From Bacilli bacterium (lineage in GTDB: Bacteria > Bacillota_I > Bacilli_A > RF39 > UBA660), in the NCBI GenBank assembly GCA_017406955.1, contig JAFQXM010000007.1, positions 236,009 to 300,008 of the forward strand: a stretch of DNA of 64,000 bases, given 5' to 3'. Below, one piece after another: positions 1-8,440 of the stretch (position 1 is its first letter; each line of letters begins with the position of its first letter). Both the position numbers and the translations under genes were made by a program. The notes below the pieces were generated by a model, which did not search any database, was not told where the DNA came from, and saw only the letters and a program-made list of their open reading frames with translations.

Positions 1-41
1 TTATATTATAGGTATAATATAAATATAGGAAGTGATATAAC

Positions 42-443
42 ATGTCATTTTTTAATAAAAATAAAAAACAAAAGTTCATTAATTCAAAGGATTATAGAAT
101 ATGTGCTAGATGCGGAAGTCCAATTAAGGCTACAGATAGATCTTGTCTTAAATGTGGGGCATTAAATTTAGATCATCCTGAAAACCAGTATTTAAAAAAA
201 TATATGTCATTTAAAAAAATTGAAAAGGATAACAGAAATAAATTTGATCAAACTATGGAACAAAAAATAGATGATGTCTATGTTGGAGGAAAGAAGTTAG
301 AAGAAGCTTCATTTAGTAGTGACAAAGAAAAAGAAAATCCAAAAGAAGACGAATATAGGGAAATAATATCTATTCCATCTAGTTTAGTTATTGTTATATT
401 AATAGTAGTCGCACTAATAATTTACTTTTTAGTATGGAAATAA
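42..443 (+). CDS. zinc-ribbon membrane protein (hypothetical)
   Basis: ATG ORF; N-terminal CxxC...CxxC (CARCGS...CLKCGA) and one C-terminal hydrophobic helix (LVIVILIVVALIIYFLVW). Confidence 0.6.
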   Translation: MSFFNKNKKQKFINSKDYRICARCGSPIKATDRSCLKCGALNLDHPENQYLKKYMSFKKIEKDNRNKFDQTMEQKIDDVYVGGKKLEEASFSSDKEKENPKEDEYREIISIPSSLVIVILIVVALIIYFLVWK

Positions 444-446
444 TAC

Positions 447-475
447 TTGCTAAATTTAAAAAAAAATCATATAAT
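447..475 (+). promoter_or_regulatory. sigma-A type promoter for the T-box leader
   Basis: TTGCTA - 17 nt - TATAAT read directly, just upstream of the leader. Confidence 0.5.
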
Positions 476-481
476 AAATAC

Positions 482-668
482 AAATCAATAATTAGAACTA
501 ATAATAAGATAATTTAATTAAAGAGAATTCGTGGTTGGTGTAAACGATATTAAATACTTATTTATCTACTCTATAGATGGTATATCCCGGTTAATACCGT
601 TATCTAATTAAGTTAAACAAAGGATGGTACCGTCTTAAAGACTCCTTGTACTATTCTTTTTTTTGTTT
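482..668 (+). promoter_or_regulatory. T-box leader (tRNA-sensing riboswitch), probably Ser-specific
   Basis: Ordered T-box elements: AGAGA (about 522), distal-loop GGTGTAA (537-543, consensus GGUGNRA), F-box CCGTTA (596-601), T-box sequence AAAGGATGGTACCGTC (about 620-636, consensus GGGTGGTACCGCG), then a T-run at 655-668. Lies upstream of serS. Specifier codon not resolved (TCT/TCC candidates at 565-590). Confidence 0.7.
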
Positions 669-680
669 TTAGGAGGTAAT

Positions 681-929
681 ATGAGAGAAGTTAAAGTAAA
701 TACAGAATACATTCATTTTAAAGGCTCCAAAGCATATGTTATAACTACAGCTAAACACTCTGAAACAGGAGAAGATTTAGTAATATATTGTTGTGTAGAT
801 GGAGATAATACTAATCATAAAGATGGTATATATGCTAGACCTAGGGATATGTTTTTATCAGAAGTAGATCATGATAAGTATCCAGATGTAAAACAAAAAT
901 ATAGATTTGAAGAAGTGAAAGGAGAATAA
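681..929 (+). CDS. DUF1653-family small protein
   Basis: AGGAGG RBS at 671-676 then ATG at 681 (the track start at 663 is a TTG extension). Pattern HFKG..Y.V...[13 protein letters not shown]...ARP..MFL is typical of DUF1653. Confidence 0.7.
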   Translation: MREVKVNTEYIHFKGSKAYVITTAKHSETGEDLVIYCCVDGDNTNHKDGIYARPRDMFLSEVDHDKYPDVKQKYRFEEVKGE

Positions 930-930
930 T

Positions 931-2211
931 ATGATAGATATTAAATTAATTAGAGAAAACAGTGATATAGTAAAAGAAAATATTAAAAAGAAATTTCAAG
1001 ATGAGAAATTACTTTTAGTAGATGAAGTAAAAGAATTAGATGAAAAAGTAAGAAAATTAAAACTAGAAGGAGATAATCTTCGTAGTGAAAAGAATAGTTT
1101 TAGTAGTGAAATAGGTTCCTTAATGAGGGAAGGTAAGAAAGAAGAAGCAGAAGAAGTTAAAGAAAAAGTTGCTGATTACGGACAAAAGATTTCTAAAATA
1201 GAAGAAGAAGAACAAAAATTAAATATTAGAATAAAAGAAATAATGTTTACTATTCCAAATATTATTTCAGAAGATACTCCAATAGGAGAAGACGATAGTA
1301 AGAATGTAGAAGAACAAAAATTTGGTGAAAATATAGTTCCAAATTATGAAGTTCCTTATCATGCTGATATTATGACTAATTTAAATGGTTTAGATAAAGA
1401 TGCAGCTGGGAAAGTAGCTGGTAATGGTTTTTACTATTTAATGGGAGACATTGCTAGACTTCATTCTGCAGTACTTTCATATGCAAGGGACTTTATGATA
1501 GATAAAGGATTCACTTATTGTATTCCTCCATATATGATTAGAAGTAGTGCCGTAGATGGAGTTATGAGTTTCGAAGAAAAAGAAGATATGATGTATAAAA
1601 TAGAAGGAGAAGATTTATATTTAATTGGAACCTCAGAACATTCTATGATTGCAAAATTTAAAGATGAAATATTAAAAGAGAAAATGTTACCTATTACTAT
1701 GACATCATATTCACCATGTTTTAGAAAAGAAGTAGGAGCTCATGGTATAGAAGAACGTGGTATATATAGAATACATCAATTTGAAAAACAAGAAATGATT
1801 GTTATATGTAAACCAGAAGAATCTGATAGTTGGTATGATAAAATGTGGAATTATTCAGTAGAATTCTTTAGAAGTTTAGATATACCTGTTAGAAAATTAG
1901 TGTGTTGTAGTGGAGATTTAGCTGATTTAAAATATAAGAGTTGTGATGTAGAAGCATGGAGTCCAAGACAACAAAAATATATAGAAGTAGGAAGTTGTTC
2001 TAATTTAACTGATGCTCAAGCAAGACGTTTAGGTATTAGATATAAAGATGACAATGGTAATAAAGTTTTTGCGCATACACTAAATAATACAGTAGTTGCG
2101 CCTCCTAGAATGTTAATATCATTACTTGAAAATAATTATCAAGAAGATGGAAGTATTAAAATACCTAAAGCATTACAACCATATATGGGAGGAAAAGAAA
2201 TAATTAAGTAA
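931..2211 (+). CDS. serS: seryl-tRNA synthetase
   Basis: N-terminal coiled-coil arm plus class II core motifs (TSEHSM, FRKEVGAHG, RIHQFEKQE, NNTVVAPPR); 426 aa. Confidence 0.95.
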   Translation: MIDIKLIRENSDIVKENIKKKFQDEKLLLVDEVKELDEKVRKLKLEGDNLRSEKNSFSSEIGSLMREGKKEEAEEVKEKVADYGQKISKIEEEEQKLNIRIKEIMFTIPNIISEDTPIGEDDSKNVEEQKFGENIVPNYEVPYHADIMTNLNGLDKDAAGKVAGNGFYYLMGDIARLHSAVLSYARDFMIDKGFTYCIPPYMIRSSAVDGVMSFEEKEDMMYKIEGEDLYLIGTSEHSMIAKFKDEILKEKMLPITMTSYSPCFRKEVGAHGIEERGIYRIHQFEKQEMIVICKPEESDSWYDKMWNYSVEFFRSLDIPVRKLVCCSGDLADLKYKSCDVEAWSPRQQKYIEVGSCSNLTDAQARRLGIRYKDDNGNKVFAHTLNNTVVAPPRMLISLLENNYQEDGSIKIPKALQPYMGGKEIIK

Positions 2212-2214
2212 TAA

Positions 2215-2243
2215 GAAAGAAGGCAATAATCGTCTTCTTTTTA
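2215..2243 (+). terminator. rho-independent terminator after serS
   Basis: Hairpin AAAGAAGGC / GTCTTCTTT followed by Ts; a TTGACA-17-TAAAAT promoter follows at 2246-2274. Confidence 0.6.
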
Positions 2244-2309
2244 ATTTGACAATAATTTTTTATTTTGATAAAATACATAATTGTCGAGTCTATTTAAGAG
2301 GTGTTATAA

Positions 2310-2987
2310 ATGACTGTTAATCAAAAAGAAATTATAAAGTCTTGTGAGGATGAACCCCTCCTGATCTTTAATTTAATAAAAACAGAAAAGTTTTATTTAG
2401 TAGATGAACTAATTACTAAGAATTCATCATTAATTAATACTTGTGACTATGCAGGTAATAATGTAATGATGAGATTACTAAAAGCAAAAGAATATGGTTT
2501 AGTATTAAAATATATGTCTAAAAGGAATTGGAATGTTAATCATCAAAACTTAGATGGTAATACTATTGGACATATACTTGCGAAAGATAGCTCTATACAG
2601 GCATTAAAAATAGTAGATAAACTAACTAAAAAGACTAATTATATGGCCAATATAAGAAACAAAAAAGGAAAAACAGCTTTAGATATTGCCATTAATAGTA
2701 ATTATACTGCTGTAGCGTTCAAATTCTTAAGTAATAAAAAGTTTGATAATATAGATATGATATCTTTTATGAATTTATATAATACTTATATCAAGAATAA
2801 TTATTATGGAAAGTATTCTAAATTAAGTAACTTAGAAATAATAATTAAAAGTCTTAAAAAGAAAGAACTATGCCCAATACTTAGAGATTTAATTAATAAA
2901 ATCATAGAAAATATAGATAATATAAAGAATGATATTATTAAAGGTAGTGGATTATTTTTAGATAATATAATTAATTCATTAGTATAA
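2310..2987 (+). CDS. ankyrin-repeat protein
   Basis: Repeated ankyrin-like units (DYAGNNVMMRLLK, DGNTIGHILAKD, KGKTALDIAINSN). Confidence 0.6.
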   Translation: MTVNQKEIIKSCEDEPLLIFNLIKTEKFYLVDELITKNSSLINTCDYAGNNVMMRLLKAKEYGLVLKYMSKRNWNVNHQNLDGNTIGHILAKDSSIQALKIVDKLTKKTNYMANIRNKKGKTALDIAINSNYTAVAFKFLSNKKFDNIDMISFMNLYNTYIKNNYYGKYSKLSNLEIIIKSLKKKELCPILRDLINKIIENIDNIKNDIIKGSGLFLDNIINSLV

Positions 2988-3056
2988 TAAACAAGGATAA
3001 CTCCTTGTTTTTAATATGTTAATAATATATAATATGTTTGGAAGTGAAGTGATATT

Positions 3057-4472
3057 ATGCATTTACCAAATTATATGGAAGCTAGAACTAGAGATAAGAG
3101 AAATTATAAAAAAATTAGTTTCAAATTTGATTCTAAAATAAAAAATAAATATAAAGGAAAAACATTTTTTATAAAAACTTATGGTTGTCAAATGAATGAA
3201 CATGATAGTGAGAATATAAGTGCTTTACTTACTAGTCTAGGTTTTAAGGAAGTTAATGATTATCAAATGGCCGATTTAGTATTATTAAATACTTGTAGTA
3301 TTAGAGAAAATGCTCATAATAAAGCTTTTGGAATGTTAGGTAGATTAAAACATTTAAAACAAGAAAAAAAGGACTTAATAGTTGGTCTTTGTGGATGTAT
3401 GGCACAAGAAGCAATTGTAGTAGATGAAATATTAAAAGATTATAAATGGGTTAATTTTGTTATTGGTACACATAATATGTATAATCTTCCAAATATTATA
3501 GATAAAGCAATAGAAGAAAATTCTCAACAAATAGAAGTATATTCTAGAGAAGGGGATTTAATAGAAGGATTACCTGTTAAGAGGGTTAATGATTTTAAAG
3601 CTTATGTTAATATAATTTATGGATGTGATAAATTTTGTACTTATTGTGTAGTTCCATATACTAGAGGAAGAGAGCGAAGTAGGGAAAAAGAAGATATATT
3701 AAATGAAATTAAGTCATTAATATCTGATGGTTATAAAGAAGTAACATTATTAGGACAAAATGTTAATGCTTATGGAAAAGATTTATATGAGGATTATACT
3801 TTAGCCAATCTCTTAGAAGAAGTCGCATTACTTGGAATACCTCGTATTAGATTTACTACTTCTCATCCATGGGATTTTACTGATAATATGATAGAAATAA
3901 TTGGTAAGTATGATAATATTATGCCTAGTATTCACTTGCCTGTACAAAGTGGATCTAATAGAGTATTAAAACTTATGGGTAGAAGATATACTAAAGAAAG
4001 TTATTTAGAATTATTTAATAAAATAAAAGATACTGTAAAAGGAGTTACTATATCTACTGATATTATAGTAGGATTTCCTAAAGAAACAGAAGAAGACTTT
4101 AAAGAAACATTAGATTTAGTAAATACATGTAAGTATGATAATGCTTTTTCATTTATATTTTCACCAAGAGAGGGAACACCTGCTTCTAAAATAAAAGATG
4201 ATGTACCACAAAAAGAAAAAGAAGAAAGATTACAAAGATTAAATGAAGTATTAAATAAATATTTCTTAGAAAATAATAAGAAACTAGAAAATAAAGTATT
4301 ACCTGTATTAGTAGAAGGGATATCAGATAAGAAGAATATGTATTATGGATATAGTGATACTAATAAATTAATTAATTTCAGTAGTGACAAAGATATAAAT
4401 ATTGGAGATATAGTTAATGTTAAAATAACTAAAGCTAAGACTTGGAGTTTAGATGGAGAATATTATGAATAA
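3057..4472 (+). CDS. miaB: tRNA-i6A37 methylthiotransferase MiaB
   Basis: UPF0004 N-domain (YGCQMNEHDSE), radical SAM CDKFCTYCVVPYTRGRERS, C-terminal TRAM domain. Confidence 0.9.
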   Translation: MHLPNYMEARTRDKRNYKKISFKFDSKIKNKYKGKTFFIKTYGCQMNEHDSENISALLTSLGFKEVNDYQMADLVLLNTCSIRENAHNKAFGMLGRLKHLKQEKKDLIVGLCGCMAQEAIVVDEILKDYKWVNFVIGTHNMYNLPNIIDKAIEENSQQIEVYSREGDLIEGLPVKRVNDFKAYVNIIYGCDKFCTYCVVPYTRGRERSREKEDILNEIKSLISDGYKEVTLLGQNVNAYGKDLYEDYTLANLLEEVALLGIPRIRFTTSHPWDFTDNMIEIIGKYDNIMPSIHLPVQSGSNRVLKLMGRRYTKESYLELFNKIKDTVKGVTISTDIIVGFPKETEEDFKETLDLVNTCKYDNAFSFIFSPREGTPASKIKDDVPQKEKEERLQRLNEVLNKYFLENNKKLENKVLPVLVEGISDKKNMYYGYSDTNKLINFSSDKDINIGDIVNVKITKAKTWSLDGEYYE

Positions 4473-4794
4473 AGAGTTAGATGAATTAATATCTTATATT
4501 AAAAACACTTCTAGTTATAAAAATTGTATTTCTATTAAGAAAAAGATGAATAGTAATGAAGAAATATGTAGTTTAGTGGAATCTATAAAAAAATTACAAA
4601 AGAAATATATTAAAAGTAATTATGATAATAATATAAAAAAAGAATTAGATATTTTAGAAGAAAAACTAAATAATATACCTATCTATGTAGAATATAATAA
4701 TAATTTAGAAGAAGTTAATAAAATGATAGATTTAGTTAAAGATGAGTTAAATGATTATTTTACTAATTTACTTACTATAAAAATAGATGATTAG
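4465..4794 (+). CDS. YlbF/YmcA-family protein
   Basis: Small helical protein immediately after miaB, as ymcA is in Bacillus. GGAG RBS then ATG at 4465 (the track start at 4453 is also possible). Confidence 0.5.
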   Translation: MNKELDELISYIKNTSSYKNCISIKKKMNSNEEICSLVESIKKLQKKYIKSNYDNNIKKELDILEEKLNNIPIYVEYNNNLEEVNKMIDLVKDELNDYFTNLLTIKIDD

Positions 4795-4846
4795 TAATAA
4801 TCATTTTTTTTATTGCTTCGCATATACTACCTTAGGAGGTAGGCTT

Positions 4847-5383
4847 ATGGCTAATTATAGAGAAATTGTTACTAAGGCAGTGATTGCTAAAGGTAAAAAG
4901 ACTTTTACTACTGATAATAGTATAACAGTAGAGAATAATCCATCTACAGTATTAGGGTGTTGGGTAATAAATCATAATTTTAATGGAGTAAGAAATAATG
5001 ATAAAATAAATATTAATGGAAGTTATGATGTTAATATTTGGTATTCATATGATAATGATACAAAAACAGGTGTAGTTAAACAAACTAATAATTATAATGA
5101 AGTAGTTAATATGAGAGAACCAGATGAAGATTTAACTAATGAAGAAATTATAGTTAGAAGTTTGAAACAACCTAGTTGCACAGATGTATCTATAGAGGGA
5201 AATACTATTAATTATAATATAGAGAAAGAATTAGGAATAGAATTAGTAGGAGATATTAAAGTAAAAATAGAAGCAAACATGGAAGAGGATCCTTGGCATG
5301 AAATAGTAGAAGAGAATAAAGAAGAAGTTATAGATAAAATAGATGAAGTAGATGAAGAGTTTATAGAAGATAGTATAGAATAA
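4847..5383 (+). CDS. cotE: outer spore coat morphogenetic protein CotE
   Basis: N-terminus [18 protein letters not shown]...LGCWVINH...[13 protein letters not shown] closely parallels B. subtilis CotE (MSEYREIITKAVVAKGRK...GGWIINH...YDINVWYSY.DNTKT). Acidic C-terminal tail. AGGAGG RBS at 4834-4839. Synteny miaB-ymcA-cotE. Confidence 0.85.
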   Translation: MANYREIVTKAVIAKGKKTFTTDNSITVENNPSTVLGCWVINHNFNGVRNNDKININGSYDVNIWYSYDNDTKTGVVKQTNNYNEVVNMREPDEDLTNEEIIVRSLKQPSCTDVSIEGNTINYNIEKELGIELVGDIKVKIEANMEEDPWHEIVEENKEEVIDKIDEVDEEFIEDSIE

Positions 5384-5400
5384 CTGTTATAAAAAAAAGG

Positions 5401-5429
5401 TTGACACAAACTGATATTTCTTATATAAT
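5401..5429 (+). promoter_or_regulatory. consensus sigma-A promoter for rpsP operon
   Basis: TTGACA (5401-5406) - 17 nt - TATAAT (5424-5429). Confidence 0.75.
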
Positions 5430-5460
5430 ACTTTGTAGTTGTAAGAAATGGAGGGATATT

Positions 5461-5736
5461 ATGGCAGTAAAACTTAGATTAAAAAGAATGGGAGCTAAAA
5501 AGAAACCAACATATAGAATAGTTGCTACTGATTCACGTCGTCCTAGAGATGGTAAATATATTGAATTAATTGGTACTTACGCACCACTTAATGAAGATAG
5601 TGTAAAAATTAATGAAGAAGTAGCTTTAAAATGGCTTAATAATGGAGCTATACCAACTGATACTGTTAAGAATTTATTCAGTAAAGCTGGAATTATAAAA
5701 AAATATACAGAATCTAAAAATAAGAAGGATAAGTAA
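5461..5736 (+). CDS. rpsP: 30S ribosomal protein S16
   Basis: [34 protein letters not shown] before ATG at 5461 (the track start at 5401 is inside the promoter). Confidence 0.95.
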   Translation: MAVKLRLKRMGAKKKPTYRIVATDSRRPRDGKYIELIGTYAPLNEDSVKINEEVALKWLNNGAIPTDTVKNLFSKAGIIKKYTESKNKKDK

Positions 5737-5738
5737 TT

Positions 5739-5987
5739 ATGGATTTAGTTAGTTTAACAGAAGATATTATAAAATCTTTGGTAGAAGATAAAGATTCAGT
5801 TAGTGTTAAAGAATTTGATACTGAAGAAGAAAATGTTATTCTTATACAAGTAATGGTAGCAGATAGTGATATGGGTCGCGTTATAGGTAAAGGTGGACGT
5901 ATTGCTAATGCTATTAGAACGCTAGTACAAGCTAGTAGTGCTTTAAAGGATAATAAATATGTAAAAATTGATATTGATAAATTTTAG
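5739..5987 (+). CDS. KH-domain RNA-binding protein (YlqC family)
   Basis: VIGKGGRIANAIRTL GxxG KH motif; conserved position after rpsP. Confidence 0.85.
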   Translation: MDLVSLTEDIIKSLVEDKDSVSVKEFDTEEENVILIQVMVADSDMGRVIGKGGRIANAIRTLVQASSALKDNKYVKIDIDKF

Positions 5988-6010
5988 GAAGTATTTTACT
6001 TCCTTTTTTG
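5987..6010 (+). terminator. rho-independent terminator
   Basis: GGAAGTA-ttt-TACTTCC followed by TTTTTT. Confidence 0.75.
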
Positions 6011-6061
6011 TTTGTATTGGTATATAATTAATTATAGTAAGATTAATATTTGGAGGTATTT

Positions 6062-6862
6062 ATGAAAAATCGTATTATAAGTGCAATTGTTATGATAGCA
6101 GTTTTTGTGCCATTACTAATTATAGGAGAAACACCATTTACTATTTTTATGACTATATTAGGAGTATTAGGATTATATGAAATTATGCATATTAGGGAAA
6201 CAAAAAAACCATTCCCATTATTTGTTAAAATATTAGCTTATTTAATAGTTATATTTATCGCAACTAGTAATTATAAATCAGTAGAGTTTATATATAATGT
6301 TGACTATAGAACTATGACTTTTATAATGTTTTCATTCTTAATACCAATGGTATATATAAATGATACAGAAAAATATAATATTAATGATGCATTATTTTTA
6401 ATTAGTTCTGTATTATTTATTGGATTAAGTTTTAATTTATTAATAATAACTCGTAATGCAAATATCAATTATATAGTATATTTATTATTAATAACAACTA
6501 TTACTGATACATTTGCATATTTTACAGGATTACTTATTGGTAAACATAAACTTTGTCCAAAAATTTCACCAAAAAAGACAGTAGAAGGGTTACTTGGTGG
6601 AACATTTATGGGTACATTTGTAGCTTCTACATTTTATATAACTGCAATTGACTCTACATATCCATTAATAATTATATTAATCATGACAGTATTTTTATCG
6701 TTAATAGGACAAATTGGAGATTTAGTATTCTCAATGATAAAAAGATATTACAGTAGAAAAGATTTTTCTACACTAATTCCTGGACATGGAGGAATATTAG
6801 ATAGATTAGATAGTATAATATTTGTAGCTTTAGCATTTGTATTCTTATTAGGTATAATATAA
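6062..6862 (+). CDS. cdsA: phosphatidate cytidylyltransferase
   Basis: Polytopic membrane protein with signature KRYYSRKDFSTLIPGHGGILDRLDS. Confidence 0.9.
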   Translation: MKNRIISAIVMIAVFVPLLIIGETPFTIFMTILGVLGLYEIMHIRETKKPFPLFVKILAYLIVIFIATSNYKSVEFIYNVDYRTMTFIMFSFLIPMVYINDTEKYNINDALFLISSVLFIGLSFNLLIITRNANINYIVYLLLITTITDTFAYFTGLLIGKHKLCPKISPKKTVEGLLGGTFMGTFVASTFYITAIDSTYPLIIILIMTVFLSLIGQIGDLVFSMIKRYYSRKDFSTLIPGHGGILDRLDSIIFVALAFVFLLGII

Positions 6863-6874
6863 GGAGGAGATTAA

Positions 6875-7927
6875 ATGTCTATAATCATTAATATTTTACT
6901 TTTTATTGTAATTCTAGGTTCAATAGTATTTGTACATGAATTTGGTCATTTCATATTTGCCAAAATATGTGGAGTTTATGTATATGAATTTGCTTTAGGA
7001 ATGGGACCTAAATTATTTAGTAAAAAAGGGAAAGAAACAGAATATACCATTAGGGCAATACCAATTGGTGGATTTTGTCAAATGGCAGGAGAAGATTTAG
7101 AAAGTGATAAAGAAAAGAAAATTCCAAAGAAAAAACAATTACAATCTAAGACTGCATTCCAAAGATTTTTAATAATGTTTTTTGGTCCTGCTAATAACTT
7201 CATATTTGCTATAATAATTTTATTCTTTATAGCTTTAATATGGGGTGGAACAACTATGAAACCGGTGGTATCTAAACTAGAGAAAAATTATCCTGCAATT
7301 AAAGCTGGTATAGAAAAGAAAGATACTATTACTAAAGTTAATAATCATAAAGTATCAACTAGTGATGATATGGCTTTGTATTTAGCGATTGCTAAACCAA
7401 ATAAAAAAACAAAAATAGAAGTAAAAAAAGAAAATGGGTCTTTAAAAACCTATGAAATGAAACCTAAAAAAGTAAAAATAAAAGGAGAAGATTCTTATAA
7501 ATTTGGTATAAGTATAGAAAACAAAAAAACATATGGATTTATTAATGCTATAGTATATACATTTAATAAAACAAAATCTATATTTAAACAAATGACTATT
7601 ACTTTAGGATATTTATTTACTGGAGGAATTAAATTAAATCAATTAAGTGGACCTGTTGGAATATATACAGTAGTAGGATCATCAAGTAAAACAGGATTAG
7701 TTAATATATTATATTTAGTAGCTTTCTTAAGTATAAATGTTGGATTTATTAATTTAATACCATTACCTGCTTTTGATGGAGGACATATCTTATTTATTAT
7801 AATAGAAAAAATTAAGGGTTCACCAGTAAAACCAGAAACAGAAAATATGATACATACAATAGGTTTGTTTTTACTTATGCTACTTATGATATTTATAACA
7901 TTTAATGATATATTAAAATTATTTTAA
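6875..7927 (+). CDS. rseP: RIP zinc metalloprotease RseP/RasP
   Basis: HEFGH zinc motif in TM1, central PDZ-like region, NLIPLPAFDGGH; follows cdsA as usual. Confidence 0.9.
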   Translation: MSIIINILLFIVILGSIVFVHEFGHFIFAKICGVYVYEFALGMGPKLFSKKGKETEYTIRAIPIGGFCQMAGEDLESDKEKKIPKKKQLQSKTAFQRFLIMFFGPANNFIFAIIILFFIALIWGGTTMKPVVSKLEKNYPAIKAGIEKKDTITKVNNHKVSTSDDMALYLAIAKPNKKTKIEVKKENGSLKTYEMKPKKVKIKGEDSYKFGISIENKKTYGFINAIVYTFNKTKSIFKQMTITLGYLFTGGIKLNQLSGPVGIYTVVGSSSKTGLVNILYLVAFLSINVGFINLIPLPAFDGGHILFIIIEKIKGSPVKPETENMIHTIGLFLLMLLMIFITFNDILKLF

Positions 7928-7954
7928 AAAGAGTAATTTACTCTTTTTATTTTT
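7926..7954 (+). terminator. rho-independent terminator
   Basis: AAAAAGAGTA-att-TACTCTTTTT hairpin plus T-run. Confidence 0.65.
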
Positions 7955-8003
7955 AATTAAATAGTGTATAATTATATTAGTATAAGATAGGGTTGGTGAT
8001 ATT

Positions 8004-8366
8004 ATGTTTACCATGATAGCGATAGTTATTGTTGTTTTAGTAATACTTTTTGTAATAGGAGTAGTAATTACAGGTAAGGATTATAATGATGATAAAAAAT
8101 TAACAGATGATCCTAGTGTATTATTTGATGATGATTCAAATAATGAAGAAACAAATAATATAGAAAATGAAACAGAACAAAATATTAATGAAGATGATAA
8201 CACCTCAGAAGCAGAAGAACCTAAAGAAAGTTATTCAGCATTTAATAATAAAATGGAATATGAATTAGACCAAAAAGAAGATGGAGATAATGGAGAAGAA
8301 GAATTATCAGTAAATACTGAAAGTAAAGAAGAACCAGAAAATTTATTTGATGATGAATTAATATAA
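8004..8366 (+). CDS. N-terminally membrane-anchored highly acidic protein (hypothetical)
   Basis: One N-terminal TM helix, then a D/E/N-rich low-complexity tail. Confidence 0.45.
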   Translation: MFTMIAIVIVVLVILFVIGVVITGKDYNDDKKLTDDPSVLFDDDSNNEETNNIENETEQNINEDDNTSEAEEPKESYSAFNNKMEYELDQKEDGDNGEEELSVNTESKEEPENLFDDELI

Positions 8367-8383
8367 TAAACTTTATAAAAATT

Positions 8384-8411
8384 AGTGGACTTTAAGTTCA
8401 CTTTTATTTTT
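8384..8411 (+). terminator. rho-independent terminator
   Basis: AGTGGAC-tttaa-GTTCACT then TTTTATTTTT. Confidence 0.55.
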
Positions 8412-8440
8412 GTTATAATTAAGTAAAAGGAGGTGATACT

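Noticed and set aside
4795-4828. Mother-cell sigma factor-like elements (TAATAAT / TCATTTT and CATATACT) upstream of cotE.
   Set aside because: The CATATACT -10-like element would put the transcription start inside or after the cotE RBS. The spacer lengths to the -35-like elements (13 or 19 nt) do not fit. Such AT-rich matches are expected by chance here.
5401-5460. N-terminal extensions proposed by the ORF track, for example rpsP from 5401, cdsA from 6050, nrdD from 24287, the ABC subunit from 31078, typA from 40604 and cotE from 4787.
   Set aside because: In each case an internal ATG with a properly spaced GGAGG-type RBS matches the conserved N-terminus of the family. The rpsP extension would also run through its own promoter.
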